The notes under the pieces: model-generated
Databases searched by the model: none
Told to the model about the DNA's origin: nothing
What the model saw: only the letters and a program-made list of their open reading frames with translations
In this document: positions 19,666 through 29,571 of the stretch, piece by piece
Layout: the number at the start of each line of letters is the position of its first letter
Numbering within the stretch: position 1 is the stretch's first letter
Translations under genes and position numbers: made by a program
Assembly: GCA_964593375.1 (NCBI GenBank)
Contig: CAZQIF010000001.1
Coordinates: 98,185-162,184, forward strand
DNA from: an uncultured Candidatus Saccharibacteria bacterium
Lineage (GTDB): Bacteria > Patescibacteriota > Minisyncoccia > Phycocordibacterales > UBA918
Reading direction: 5' to 3'
Length of the DNA: 64,000 nt

Positions 19666-19920
19666 TTATTCAACAATTCCGTACTTTATCCGACTCACAT
19701 ACTCAATCACGTCCCTCACCGTATGCATCTTTACCACATCCTCATACGCAGTTTCAACCTCATATGCCTTCTCAAATGCAAGCAACAATTCAAAGAGCTG
19801 AATTGAATCACGAGATAGATCAGCAATAATACTCTCCTCAGTAATAGCTGAAGCATTTGCTCCAAGCGAAGTCGCCATAAGTTCTATTACTTCTTTTGCT
19901 ATTTCACTATAATTTTTCAT
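19666..19920 (-). CDS. Acyl carrier protein
   Basis: 84 aa, acidic; DLSRDSIQLFEL phosphopantetheine Ser motif; TVRDVIEYV. Confidence 0.9.
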   Translation of the reverse strand: MKNYSEIAKEVIELMATSLGANASAITEESIIADLSRDSIQLFELLLAFEKAYEVETAYEDVVKMHTVRDVIEYVSRIKYGIVE

Positions 19921-20633
19921 AACACCATATTAACGAGCATGTACACGTTTTTGTATACCGCCCAGTGCACTGTTGCATTCACTCGTTCTCCTGCAATAGT
20001 GATGGTGACGTTACCATTTTCAAGATTAACCATTGTTTCTACAGTGCGTGGGTGTGTCTTAAGACCCGTACCAATAGCTTTAAGATACGCTTCCTTAAGA
20101 CTCCACCTGAGCGTTGCATCAACTTTTTGCACCGCTGGTGAAAGCGCATTATGCGTATCAATTTCATGCTGAGTCATAAATCCCTTTAGAGTTTCAGGAC
20201 GAAAATTGCGTACTCGTTCGATGTCGATACCAATACCACTCCATTCACCACGTGGCACTGCATTCGCCGCTGCAAATTCATCACAATGACTGAGCGTAAG
20301 GAGTACTCCGCTCGCGTCAAAACCTGCTTGCGTATCAAGGAGCCTACCACTTGGCGGCACTCCCTGACCTGACGCAATTTCAATACGCTCGAGCGGAATC
20401 TGCACAAACTGTGTTCTATCAAAGTGGTCGTGAAGCGCACGCTTTGCTGCAAGTCTTCCAAAAAGCCAGTCACGTTGCTTTGCGAGCGGAATGCGCTTAT
20501 ACATTTCACGCTCCGTTTCGGTACATACCGCAAATGCGCTTCGTTCATCCTCAAGTTCTTTATCAACAATTACGAGGCCAAGTGTTGAGGGTTCTGTCTT
20601 TGAGAGCATGTGCTTGTATGTCGTATATATCAT
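19917..20633 (-). CDS. 4'-phosphopantetheinyl transferase, Sfp type
   Basis: GR.AAK, LSH, GIDIE and WSLKEAYLKA.GTGL motifs; ATGA overlap with ACP. Confidence 0.92.
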   Translation of the reverse strand: MIYTTYKHMLSKTEPSTLGLVIVDKELEDERSAFAVCTETEREMYKRIPLAKQRDWLFGRLAAKRALHDHFDRTQFVQIPLERIEIASGQGVPPSGRLLDTQAGFDASGVLLTLSHCDEFAAANAVPRGEWSGIGIDIERVRNFRPETLKGFMTQHEIDTHNALSPAVQKVDATLRWSLKEAYLKAIGTGLKTHPRTVETMVNLENGNVTITIAGERVNATVHWAVYKNVYMLVNMVL

Positions 20634-20845
20634 AGGAAGTATTTAAAATGCATAAACGAGACAATTAAAAATACACCGCTGTCGTGTATGGCCTCTATAA
20701 TACCAGAAACAACACACAACACTAAATTTTTTGATTAAGCTTTGAAGTATCAATTTAAAACACAATAACCTATATATTGTCAAAATGAACTGGTCTGGAA
20801 TTAAACAAAATCAGGCATATACCATATAATTACATAATTACTCAT

Positions 20846-21487
20846 ATGCACACCCCACCAAAAAAGCATATCCCCCTGCTCCGTTTTAAGGTTTTAGATA
20901 TCCTTTATGATCCCCTTCTTTTTGTATCGGGATTGGGTAAAGGATTTAAATCAAGAATTACTAATCTTGCGAAATTAAACGACGAACCGGCCACCATCGT
21001 TGACGTCGGGTGTGGTACAGGAACGCAACTACTGATTCTGAGAGAAAAATATCCACAAGCGAAGATTTGGGGTATTGATCCAGATTTTTCATTGATTTCA
21101 AAACTTCAGTCTTCACGAGCATTTGCAACTAAAGATATTTCATTCAATTGCGCACATGCTGAATCATTGCCGTTTGAGGAAAGTTCTATTGATGTTTGTT
21201 TTTCAACCTTGGCATTCCATCATATGAGCACCCATTCAAAACAAGAAGCATTTCGTGAAATATATCGAATTCTCAAACCCGATGGCGCTCTTGTGCTTAC
21301 TGACTGGGGTGTGTCGAGATTCCCTTTTCTTCGCTTCCTTCTCATTTTTGAGAAACAGGAGTTTCTTAATGACCACATCGTTGGACTTATACCGCACTAC
21401 GCAGAACATGCAGGGTTCACACAAATTTCTGAAACTCGTGTAAAATTTTCTGGTATCTGGACATGGGTTTTTAAAAAAAAGCTATGA
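20846..21487 (+). CDS. Class I SAM-dependent methyltransferase
   Basis: VDVGCGTG, LPF..S.D and RILKPDG motifs. Confidence 0.9.
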   Translation: MHTPPKKHIPLLRFKVLDILYDPLLFVSGLGKGFKSRITNLAKLNDEPATIVDVGCGTGTQLLILREKYPQAKIWGIDPDFSLISKLQSSRAFATKDISFNCAHAESLPFEESSIDVCFSTLAFHHMSTHSKQEAFREIYRILKPDGALVLTDWGVSRFPFLRFLLIFEKQEFLNDHIVGLIPHYAEHAGFTQISETRVKFSGIWTWVFKKKL

Positions 21488-22227
21488 GCATGACTGCTTT
21501 ATTTCTTGTTCTTGGCATTCTTGTACTGTGTGTGGTTTGCTATGAAGCGATACGTATCGGTATCCATGCACGCAAGGCAGTTCTCGCAGGTAAGCGTGCG
21601 GTTCCCGTTTCAAAAGCACATGCAAGCCCCCACAAAAGTGTGCTCGTGATTGGAGATAGTACCTCATTTGGAACTGGTGCGCGTGAGGCAAAAAACTCTC
21701 TTGTTGGACGACTTGCGCAAGATTATCCCAATATTGCAATCACCAACGCCTCACGAAACGCAATGAACGTGCGTGAATTAAAACACACGTTGTCGAACAT
21801 ACGTGAAAATCATTTTGATATTATCATGATGCACATTGGTGGTGTTGATACGCTTTCCTTTACCTCCTCAGCACAAATTACTCATCACTTTAAGGAAATT
21901 GCTGAACATACTGTTGCGATGGGAGCGGAAGCTGTTATCCTCGTTTCTGTGAACAATGTTGGTACTGCACCATTTATCCGATTTCCTCTCAGTACACTTT
22001 TTGATTGGAGAAGCAGGAAGATGACTGAGCTTTTTAGCAAACTTTCTAACACGCACAATATGCATCATGTTCCCCTCTATGAAAAACGAGAAGATGACCC
22101 GCTTGGAAAGGAACCTGAGATATTATTCTCAGACGACAAAATTCACCCAAACGATGCTGGGTATGCAGTGTGGTATCGTATGATACAGAATGCTGTCGAC
22201 CCCTATCTATCATGCACGAATATGTAA
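21484..22227 (+). CDS. SGNH/GDSL hydrolase (lipase/acylhydrolase), membrane-anchored
   Basis: GDS (IGDSTSFGTGA) and DxxH (DKIHPN..GY); N-terminal TM. Confidence 0.9.
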   Translation: MSMTALFLVLGILVLCVVCYEAIRIGIHARKAVLAGKRAVPVSKAHASPHKSVLVIGDSTSFGTGAREAKNSLVGRLAQDYPNIAITNASRNAMNVRELKHTLSNIRENHFDIIMMHIGGVDTLSFTSSAQITHHFKEIAEHTVAMGAEAVILVSVNNVGTAPFIRFPLSTLFDWRSRKMTELFSKLSNTHNMHHVPLYEKREDDPLGKEPEILFSDDKIHPNDAGYAVWYRMIQNAVDPYLSCTNM

Positions 22228-23039
22228 CCCTACTCATCACGTCGCTCCCCCCTCTCGATTCCTCGAGTGCAGTATTTTACGTTACAAACGTATTGATATT
22301 CATTGTAGTACTGAGGACGCTCATCATGATTCTCCACCTTCTCCTCAATAAACAGCTTGCGTTTTCAAGTAAGCCATATACGTCGACGAACGAACAGGCA
22401 AAAAAAATACTCATTCTCGGTGATAGTACTGCAGTAGGAACCGGTGCACATGCTCCCGAAGAAACTATAGCTGGGAGACTTGCGCACGATTTTCCAAATG
22501 CTCAAATTGTGAACGTAGCACAAAACGGGGGTATTATTAAAGACCTCACGAAGCAAATTGAAAAAGTTTCAGGCCAAACATTTGACATCATCATCATAAG
22601 TGCAGGAGGAAATGATGTGTGGCATTTTTCTCGACTCAAAACAATTCGCACACACCTCACGGGAGTCTTTTTACAGGCACTTACAATGAGCAATCATCGT
22701 GTCATTTTTCTTCATTACAATAGTATTGGTTCTGCACCACTCTTCCCTTTTCTCATTCAGTTCTTCCTCAAAATCGAGGAGAAGCGAATTTATAAAACCA
22801 TTCATGCAGTTGCATCAGAATTACAAGTGCCTATCATCAACCTTTTTACGGAGGAGACTGATAACCCATTTTTAAAGAATCCGAAGCATCTTTTTGCACG
22901 CGATGGTATTCATCCGAGTTCACGTGGATACGAAGTCTGGTACCACCGTATGTGGCTCGAAATGGTGCGAAATGGATACTACTCTTCAGAGAATAACAAA
23001 ATACCCAAAGATTTGTCTTCCCCGGTTCAAAACTATTAG
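22212..23039 (+). CDS. SGNH/GDSL hydrolase paralog, membrane-anchored
   Basis: LGDSTAVGTGA, GGND and DGIHPS..GY motifs. Confidence 0.9.
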   Translation: MHEYVTLLITSLPPLDSSSAVFYVTNVLIFIVVLRTLIMILHLLLNKQLAFSSKPYTSTNEQAKKILILGDSTAVGTGAHAPEETIAGRLAHDFPNAQIVNVAQNGGIIKDLTKQIEKVSGQTFDIIIISAGGNDVWHFSRLKTIRTHLTGVFLQALTMSNHRVIFLHYNSIGSAPLFPFLIQFFLKIEEKRIYKTIHAVASELQVPIINLFTEETDNPFLKNPKHLFARDGIHPSSRGYEVWYHRMWLEMVRNGYYSSENNKIPKDLSSPVQNY

Positions 23040-23041
23040 TA

Positions 23042-23908
23042 CTAGTCTTTTACCAAAAATCGAGCAAGTCGTATTTTGATTTGTTGGAGTGGATTTCTGT
23101 TTCCAAACGACATGCGGCCGAGCACGTATCGGTCGCGCATCACATCAAACTGGTGATAATACGGCACTGCATGAATCGTTCCTCTTTTGAGTAAAATTTT
23201 TAGTGCTTGAATTGCTACAACTCCCGCACAAAGATTAATAGCGCCAATCGAAGATGGGCCACGTTTCTCATTAAGATTTGTCCCTTTTAGGTAGCTCCGT
23301 TGAAGCATTTTTGGAAGAAGACCCACAAAAAAGGCAATGAGCTTTTCGTGGTATGACATCGAATCTTTTACGGCAAAGTAATCGTCAAAGTTTGGCCCTC
23401 CCGGCATAAAAATAAGAAACGCCGTACCAAACCCAATTGGTCCCGCAGTGACAACAGGGATATATCGCTTCAGCGATTCATTGTAGAGCATACGACGTGC
23501 GTCAACTTCAAATGCATCGAGTGCATCGACGGTAAGATGGGCATCGTGAAGAAATATATCAATATTTTCAGGGGTAATGCCCGAGTTAAATATTTCAATT
23601 TGGCAGTTTGGGTTGATTTTGAGTGCTTCCTCCTTCATTACGTGGACTTTTTCTTGCCCGAGCGTGTTCATGTTTGCTCCGTATTGTCGGTTGAAATTTT
23701 TAAGCTCAAAGACATCCAAGTCTGCAACTTTGAATTTTTCAAATCCTTGCCGTACAAGCGAAATGAGATGCGCTCCGCCGACACCACCCATACCCGGAAT
23801 TGCAATGGTAAACTCGCGGAGCTTTGCCTGCTCATCAGTTGAAAGAAGACCGATATTGCGAGAAAATGCCTCTGAATAATTAAATGGTGTTGTAGAAAGA
23901 TTAGTCAT
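23042..23908 (-). CDS. ThiF family adenylyltransferase (E1-like)
   Basis: FSRNIGL...EQ..L, GMGGVG, D.D.FE..NFNRQ; lacks the MoeB CxxC Zn motifs. Confidence 0.92.
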   Translation of the reverse strand: MTNLSTTPFNYSEAFSRNIGLLSTDEQAKLREFTIAIPGMGGVGGAHLISLVRQGFEKFKVADLDVFELKNFNRQYGANMNTLGQEKVHVMKEEALKINPNCQIEIFNSGITPENIDIFLHDAHLTVDALDAFEVDARRMLYNESLKRYIPVVTAGPIGFGTAFLIFMPGGPNFDDYFAVKDSMSYHEKLIAFFVGLLPKMLQRSYLKGTNLNEKRGPSSIGAINLCAGVVAIQALKILLKRGTIHAVPYYHQFDVMRDRYVLGRMSFGNRNPLQQIKIRLARFLVKD

Positions 23909-23917
23909 GAGGTCTTG

Positions 23918-24994
23918 TTAAGAATAGGTAATGTCTGGTTCTTTGCGGAGAGATGGAATTCGGCGCCCGGTACCAACCCCAATGCGGAACATGCACATAA
24001 GTTTTTCATTAGAGCCAACAGCGAATTTTTCATATAATGATTTTGTGCTTTTCTTAAGAAGAGTTTTTTGAGGTAGTGTGAATGCTGATGGATCCTCTTC
24101 AACATGTTCATTAAGTAGAAGGGTTGCAAAGGTTGGCTGCACGCTAAGTCCTTGCCTTGTTGCAACGAGCCACATGCGCTCTAAAATCCTCCCCGCGTGT
24201 ACACATTCAGTATGGGTACTGCTCGGAAGGATAATGCCACAGTATGCACCGGCTTGTGTGTACCTTAGTGACTCCACCAAAGCAGCGATATGTTGAATGC
24301 CGAGCGTTCCTAAAACACTTACAATCTTCCACTTGCGGAGCACGAATCGAAATAGTATGAATTTACAGAAATTGAGTTCCAGTGTTCGAACATCAAGTCC
24401 ATCTTCGGTGGTGTGCACTTCATGCGGTGTCCACCTCAGTGCTGCGAAGAATTCCTCATGGAGTTTTTGGTGTGAAAAAAGAAGCTGAACTTGTGTCATA
24501 ACAAGGTGCGCAATTTCGCGAATTGTTTTCTTATTTTCGATGAAAACAACACGCCCACTAAGCCTAAGAGTTGATGGTATTTGAGAAAGCTCATCTTTTT
24601 GTGTCAGTGAAAGAGGTTCCTTGAGATAGGGACCTCGATCTGTAATGCGGTCATACATGTACCGGTACAGATTCACACCTCGATCAACCGGGTCATACAT
24701 GAGTGTAATGGTTGCGGTATGTTTTGGGTCTTTTTTTGCTGGAAATAAAACAACTTTTGCATCATATCCAAAGTGGTCTGCTGCAATGAGCATGTTTTCA
24801 ATCACACAACCATGTGTGATGTGCTCAACAAAAGATGACCCTACAAGGATGTTTTTAGATTGTTTTTGCCCAGTTGAAAAAATTTTTACGGTGTTCCGTC
24901 TTACGACAAAACGCCATGGCTGTGTATTGTCACCCGAAGGTGCTGAGACACCTGCGCGGATAATTTCTCTAATGTCATCACGAAGCTTGCTCAT
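23918..24994 (-). CDS. Nitroreductase-like FMN-binding oxidoreductase (Acg-like)
   Basis: APSGDNTQPWRF, R.TDR..Y and GR..ERMWL.AT..GL..QP motifs. Confidence 0.85.
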   Translation of the reverse strand: MSKLRDDIREIIRAGVSAPSGDNTQPWRFVVRRNTVKIFSTGQKQSKNILVGSSFVEHITHGCVIENMLIAADHFGYDAKVVLFPAKKDPKHTATITLMYDPVDRGVNLYRYMYDRITDRGPYLKEPLSLTQKDELSQIPSTLRLSGRVVFIENKKTIREIAHLVMTQVQLLFSHQKLHEEFFAALRWTPHEVHTTEDGLDVRTLELNFCKFILFRFVLRKWKIVSVLGTLGIQHIAALVESLRYTQAGAYCGIILPSSTHTECVHAGRILERMWLVATRQGLSVQPTFATLLLNEHVEEDPSAFTLPQKTLLKKSTKSLYEKFAVGSNEKLMCMFRIGVGTGRRIPSLRKEPDITYS

Positions 24995-25053
24995 AGAAAA
25001 TACTCTTATCTATAGAATACCATGAGCACAGAGACGAAATTCAAGATATGCAT

Positions 25054-25488
25054 TCATATTCCTTTGCAGTTGCCTGCTGGGGTATATCCCGCCTTTTCAG
25101 CTTCTGCCTTTGAGTTGAACCATACTTTGTTTTCTTCTTTAATTTGCTTTGCTCCAACACACCACGGGAGGTGGTATTTGGTGCCGTTTTTGGATGCGAC
25201 ATACTGTGCATCTGCTACAACAGGTACACCAGACTTTTCAATATTCTTGGTAGTCGTTGCCTCATTTGTACCCTCATTAAAAACGTCCGTTACTTGAGAC
25301 AGAGGAATAGAAGCAGTGGTTTCATTTGTACTGTTTTTTGGCCCAAAATCGGCCACAGAGGCCCTCCCAAGGCCAAAAGATGCAACTCCAACGAGTACGA
25401 GCAAAATGGCCAAAAAAACGTCTTTGTCTGCAAAAAACCGCTTGATATTTATGATTATCTCTTGTATACTCACGCGGTCATTATACAC
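25054..25488 (-). CDS. Membrane-anchored protein with C-terminal Ada-like metal-binding domain
   Basis: TM 'SFGLGR'; [15 protein letters not shown]...AEKAGY.PA.NC; start uncertain. Confidence 0.75.
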   Translation of the reverse strand: MYNDRVSIQEIIINIKRFFADKDVFLAILLVLVGVASFGLGRASVADFGPKNSTNETTASIPLSQVTDVFNEGTNEATTTKNIEKSGVPVVADAQYVASKNGTKYHLPWCVGAKQIKEENKVWFNSKAEAEKAGYTPAGNCKGI

Positions 25489-25535
25489 GAGCTCAAGCGG
25501 ATTTTACGAGTGGGCTAACAGCAAAAATAGTAACC

Positions 25536-25814
25536 ATGGCAACCAAAAAAGCTGGAGGTTCAGCTAAAAACCTACGAGACTCAAACCCAAAATACTTGGG
25601 TGTTAAGCGATCTGATGGTCAGACGGTTAAACTCGGTGAAATCATTGTGCGACAACGGGGTACAAAAATTAAGCCTGGAAAAAACGTATCTGCAGGAGTT
25701 GACCATACACTCTATGCTGCTAAGGCTGGAAAGGTATCTTTCAAGAACGTTAAGAAACTCGGCTTTGATGGAGAAACAAAGATGAAGAAGATTGTACACG
25801 TAGTAACCAAGTAA
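25536..25814 (+). CDS. rpmA: 50S ribosomal protein L27
   Basis: [25 protein letters not shown]. Confidence 0.97.
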   Translation: MATKKAGGSAKNLRDSNPKYLGVKRSDGQTVKLGEIIVRQRGTKIKPGKNVSAGVDHTLYAAKAGKVSFKNVKKLGFDGETKMKKIVHVVTK

Positions 25815-25826
25815 CTATCTCAGTTA

Positions 25827-25865
25827 GAAAACCGCCCGCATGACTTCGTCATGCGGGCGGTTTTC
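25827..25865. terminator. Bidirectional intrinsic terminator
   Basis: gaaaaccgcccgcatgac-ttc-gtcatgcgggcggttttc. Confidence 0.85.
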
Positions 25866-25884
25866 GTTTTCATTTCGCTCGTTA

Positions 25885-26586
25885 CTATTGTGCACTAATG
25901 GTCACTGAATTAACGATGACTGGGTCTACAGGAACATCGCGCTCTCCCGTAGAAACTGTATTAATTGCATCTACGATATCCATTCCGTCGATAACACGAC
26001 CAAATACAGGGTGTCGTGAACTAAATGGTTCTTTGTCAAAATCGAGGAAAGTATTGTCTTTTGTGTTGATGAAGAATTGGCTCCCTCCTGAGTTTGGCTG
26101 ACCGGTATTTGCCATTGCGATGGTACCACGGGTATTTGTGAGGAGAGGACCTGCAATAAACTCATCTTGAATGGTGTACCCTGGACCACCTGTTCCATAG
26201 GTAGTGCTGTCACTTCCCTTGGAATTTGGGTCACCACCCTGAATCATAAAATCACTAATGACTCGATGGAATTTAGTACCATTATAAAATCCTTCTTCGG
26301 CAAGTTTAATGAAGTTACCTGTGGTAATCGGCATTTGGTCCTCAAAGAGTTCGAGTTTGATTGGTCCTTTGTTTGTGTCGAATATTGCAACTCTGTTCAT
26401 GGTATTTGATATGATTGGATTATTAATTTCGAGCTCCTCGGGAGCGAGTGGTCCATCAAGTTTTTCTGAATCTATCAAAAGCGCTGGGGTTGATTCAACC
26501 TGCTTTGAATGTGTCCAAAACCCAATAGCACCAAGGATGAGAACTGAAACACCGATGATGGTAAGTACTTGTTTAACGTTTGCCAT
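25885..26586 (-). CDS. Cyclophilin-type peptidyl-prolyl isomerase with N-terminal anchor
   Basis: FHRVI..FMIQGGDP, AMAN and GSQFFI motifs. Confidence 0.95.
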   Translation of the reverse strand: MANVKQVLTIIGVSVLILGAIGFWTHSKQVESTPALLIDSEKLDGPLAPEELEINNPIISNTMNRVAIFDTNKGPIKLELFEDQMPITTGNFIKLAEEGFYNGTKFHRVISDFMIQGGDPNSKGSDSTTYGTGGPGYTIQDEFIAGPLLTNTRGTIAMANTGQPNSGGSQFFINTKDNTFLDFDKEPFSSRHPVFGRVIDGMDIVDAINTVSTGERDVPVDPVIVNSVTISAQ

Positions 26587-26594
26587 ATACGAAT

Positions 26595-27035
26595 CTATTT
26601 TTGAATTATGGTTAGTGTAAGCACCCCTTTCTTTTTACCAGAAAGTAGTGGTATTTCATGTGTACCGAGTGCCTTAAGTGGGTGAGGGAGCTCGATGCAG
26701 GCTACCGGAATGTGAATACCAAGTTCTGCGAGTCTACTACTTACATCTTCAGCCTTAACTCCACTGAAAAGGTGTCCTTGTTCATTTGCGGGTGCGGATA
26801 GCTCAACCTGAGTAGTACTGAGTGTCGCGAGTGCTTCATCAAACGATTCTTCGGTTGCCACCACGTGCTCTGCATGCTTTGACTTCCACTCGGTGAGCTT
26901 TTTTAGATTAAAAGGCGTTGCTGGCTCGGCCAATTTTCGAGGAATAAGGAAATTGAGCGCATGACCCGACGGAACCTCTTTTATCTCGCCACGCCTCCCA
27001 ATTCTGGCTACATCCTTAATTAGAATAACTTTCAT
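26595..27035 (-). CDS. rplI: 50S ribosomal protein L9
   Basis: MKVILIKDV..IG..GEIKEV..G.A.NFLIP. Confidence 0.95.
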   Translation of the reverse strand: MKVILIKDVARIGRRGEIKEVPSGHALNFLIPRKLAEPATPFNLKKLTEWKSKHAEHVVATEESFDEALATLSTTQVELSAPANEQGHLFSGVKAEDVSSRLAELGIHIPVACIELPHPLKALGTHEIPLLSGKKKGVLTLTIIQK

Positions 27036-27142
27036 GCGTCTATGTGAATTTACCTGTTAACGTGTGTGGGTGTCATCATAGCAAAAATCTGCACGCATTC
27101 AAACACCTACTCGGGTAGGCGAATATAAAACAGTTTTGCGCT

Positions 27143-28453
27143 CTACTTGTTCAAAAACTCTATAGCGGCATCGAGCTGTGGGTCTTTGCCGTTCACCCTA
27201 TCCTCAGCAGTACGCTTGACCTCAATATTTGGAGCAAGACCGCCGTTTGAAATCGATGTGCCATCCGGAGTGAGCCAACGCGCAATAGTTACTTTGAGCG
27301 AGGAACCATTTTTTAGATTTACAAGCTCTTGCACTGAACCTTTTCCGAACGTTTGCTCACCAATAATTGTTGCTGCCTCGTGTTCTTTAAGTGCTCCCGC
27401 AAGAATTTCTGACGCAGAGGCAGAACCGCCATCAACGAGCACTACCATGCTTTCTGGAGCAAAACTCCCTAGTGTTTTTCCTGAACTTCGATACAGCGTT
27501 TCTTCCTGTCCTTCTCCGAAACTTTCACGAACAACAACCTCGCCAACTGGAAGGAAGTAACTCGCAATACCAACCGCACTCTGCAGATACCCGCCGGGGT
27601 TTCCACGCAAGTCAAGAATGAGTTTCTTCTTTCCACTTTGTACAAACTTACGAAGTGCATTCTGAATGTCTTGCTCTGCAAGTGCATTGAAACTGTAGAG
27701 TGCCACAATAAAGACGTCATCCCGCTCTTCTGTTTTGCTCGTCGGTATAGAAATATTGTCTCGAATGATAGCTATATCAATGAATTCTTCAGCATCCTTA
27801 CGCAAAAGTGTGAGCTTAACCTCAGTACCCTTCTCACCACGAATTCGTCTTACCGCCTCATCAACATTCATTTTCTCAGTTGATTCTCCGTCGATTTTCA
27901 CAATAATGTCTCCGGCAACAATCCCAGCCTTTTCTGCAGGGGTCTGGGGGAGTGGCGCAATTATCGTTATGAGTCCTTCACGCATTCCAACTTCCATTCC
28001 TACACCACTGAAATTGCCCGAAATGTCTTGTTCAAAAAGTTCCGCTTGCTGTGGTGGCATGAAGATGGTGTATGGGTCTCCGTATGATTCAGCAAGGCCT
28101 GCAATCGCGCCAAATACTCTATCTTCCTTTGAAACGGTGCTTGAGGTAGTGCCTGCAGCAAATTTTTCTTCGAGTAAATTCCATGCCTGCCAAAACTCCG
28201 AAAGATCTACCGCGACATCAACTGCAGGTGGCGCATAAAAAAGTGAACCGATATTTGCTTCAAGACGAGACTGTGAGGCACCAAAGTAGAGACCAGAGAA
28301 AAATGCCGCGGTTGCAAAAAGAACAGCAAGCACTACTCCAAGTACGGGAAATGGTGACCGCGCATCTGCTTCCTGAATGTCTAAAGTCTCAGGAATGTCT
28401 GTCTGTGGGTCCAACTGTGGCACAAAGGTGCTAAATGGGTCTGGTTGTTGCAT
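27143..28453 (-). CDS. S41 carboxyl-terminal processing protease (CtpA-like)
   Basis: PDZ domain; DLRGNPGG, SASASEI and FGKGSVQ motifs. Confidence 0.93.
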   Translation of the reverse strand: MQQPDPFSTFVPQLDPQTDIPETLDIQEADARSPFPVLGVVLAVLFATAAFFSGLYFGASQSRLEANIGSLFYAPPAVDVAVDLSEFWQAWNLLEEKFAAGTTSSTVSKEDRVFGAIAGLAESYGDPYTIFMPPQQAELFEQDISGNFSGVGMEVGMREGLITIIAPLPQTPAEKAGIVAGDIIVKIDGESTEKMNVDEAVRRIRGEKGTEVKLTLLRKDAEEFIDIAIIRDNISIPTSKTEERDDVFIVALYSFNALAEQDIQNALRKFVQSGKKKLILDLRGNPGGYLQSAVGIASYFLPVGEVVVRESFGEGQEETLYRSSGKTLGSFAPESMVVLVDGGSASASEILAGALKEHEAATIIGEQTFGKGSVQELVNLKNGSSLKVTIARWLTPDGTSISNGGLAPNIEVKRTAEDRVNGKDPQLDAAIEFLNK

Positions 28454-28545
28454 AGTTATTGTCGATTGATTATCGCACACAATCCCAAGTTTACACAAAA
28501 AATAACTTTGGTATTTAGAAGAGCATGATACCATATAGGTATCTT

Positions 28546-29460
28546 ATGATTGAACGCTTTGAACAAGGAAAGCTAGCTTGGATAAGCCTTAAGAATCCAA
28601 CCACAGAAGAAGCGCAAGAAGTAATGATTTCCTGCGATATTCCACCGTCGCTCATGACTGACCTCTCGACACCTGTGCCACAGAGCGAGGCTATTATTGT
28701 TGACGGGGTCATTAAAATCACCCTCGACTTCCCTATTGTAAAGCGTGTGGACATGCAATATCCTCACGAAATTAAGTTTATTGTTTCCAAGAATTCACTC
28801 GTAACCGTCCAGTATGAGGACATGGAAGCAACGGACCGATTCAAAAAACAATTCGAGGTTGCCTCAACCTTGCACAAAGGAAACCATAGCAAGATGACCG
28901 GTGCCCACCTGTACATTCTCCTCATGAATGAGCTGTACAATGTAATGGAATCAAAGCTTGATTACCTTGAATCAAAACTTCTCGAGCTTGAAGAACAGAT
29001 TTCTCAAGATAAAGAAAAGGAAATCATTTTTGAGCTTTCAAAAATGAGTAAGAGAATGATTGCCTTTCGTCATGTTATACGATCTCACGAAGATGTACTC
29101 AAGGATGTAAAAGTGGAATTTGAAGCAGTTTTCCAGCATTCATATAGTGCCGAAGTCGAAGATCTTCAAGATACATATAATTACCTGTTGCGAAGACTCA
29201 CTACACTTTTTGAATCACTGGTTGACCTCCGTGAGACAAACTTCGCGCTCCTCACCACAAAGCAGAACGAAGTGATGAAGATACTTACTATCATGGCCTT
29301 TGTCACATTCCCACTTTCTCTCCTTACCTCAACATTCGGTATGAATACGGTTTCAACTCCTATAGTTGGAGATCCGGGGGACTTTTGGATTATTGTGAGC
29401 ATTATGGTGAGCGCAATGGTGTGTTTCTTTATATTCTTTAAATATAAGCGGTGGATTTAA
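28546..29460 (+). CDS. corA: CorA family Mg2+ transporter
   Basis: NEVMKILT...FGMN signature and two C-terminal TMs. Confidence 0.9.
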   Translation: MIERFEQGKLAWISLKNPTTEEAQEVMISCDIPPSLMTDLSTPVPQSEAIIVDGVIKITLDFPIVKRVDMQYPHEIKFIVSKNSLVTVQYEDMEATDRFKKQFEVASTLHKGNHSKMTGAHLYILLMNELYNVMESKLDYLESKLLELEEQISQDKEKEIIFELSKMSKRMIAFRHVIRSHEDVLKDVKVEFEAVFQHSYSAEVEDLQDTYNYLLRRLTTLFESLVDLRETNFALLTTKQNEVMKILTIMAFVTFPLSLLTSTFGMNTVSTPIVGDPGDFWIIVSIMVSAMVCFFIFFKYKRWI

Positions 29461-29470
29461 TGCTGGTTTC

Positions 29471-29529
29471 TCAGTAATCAGTTATCAGTACTCAGTTACC
29501 TGATAACTGCTAACTGAGTACTAAACTGA
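29471..29529. repeat. Inverted heptamer arrays (TCAGTWA / AACTGAG)
   Basis: tcagtaatcagttatcagtactcagttacctgataactgctaactgagtactaaactga. Confidence 0.65.
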
Positions 29530-29571
29530 ACCACGGACAAAAGTCTGAGTTTTTGTTAGAATAGCGCTACT

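Noticed and set aside
23042-23908. ThiF as thiamine/molybdopterin enzyme, ubiquitin-like defence E1 or RiPP maturase
   Set aside because: No ThiS/MoaD, E2/JAB or precursor peptide is adjacent; the context is acyltransferase/ACP/nitroreductase.
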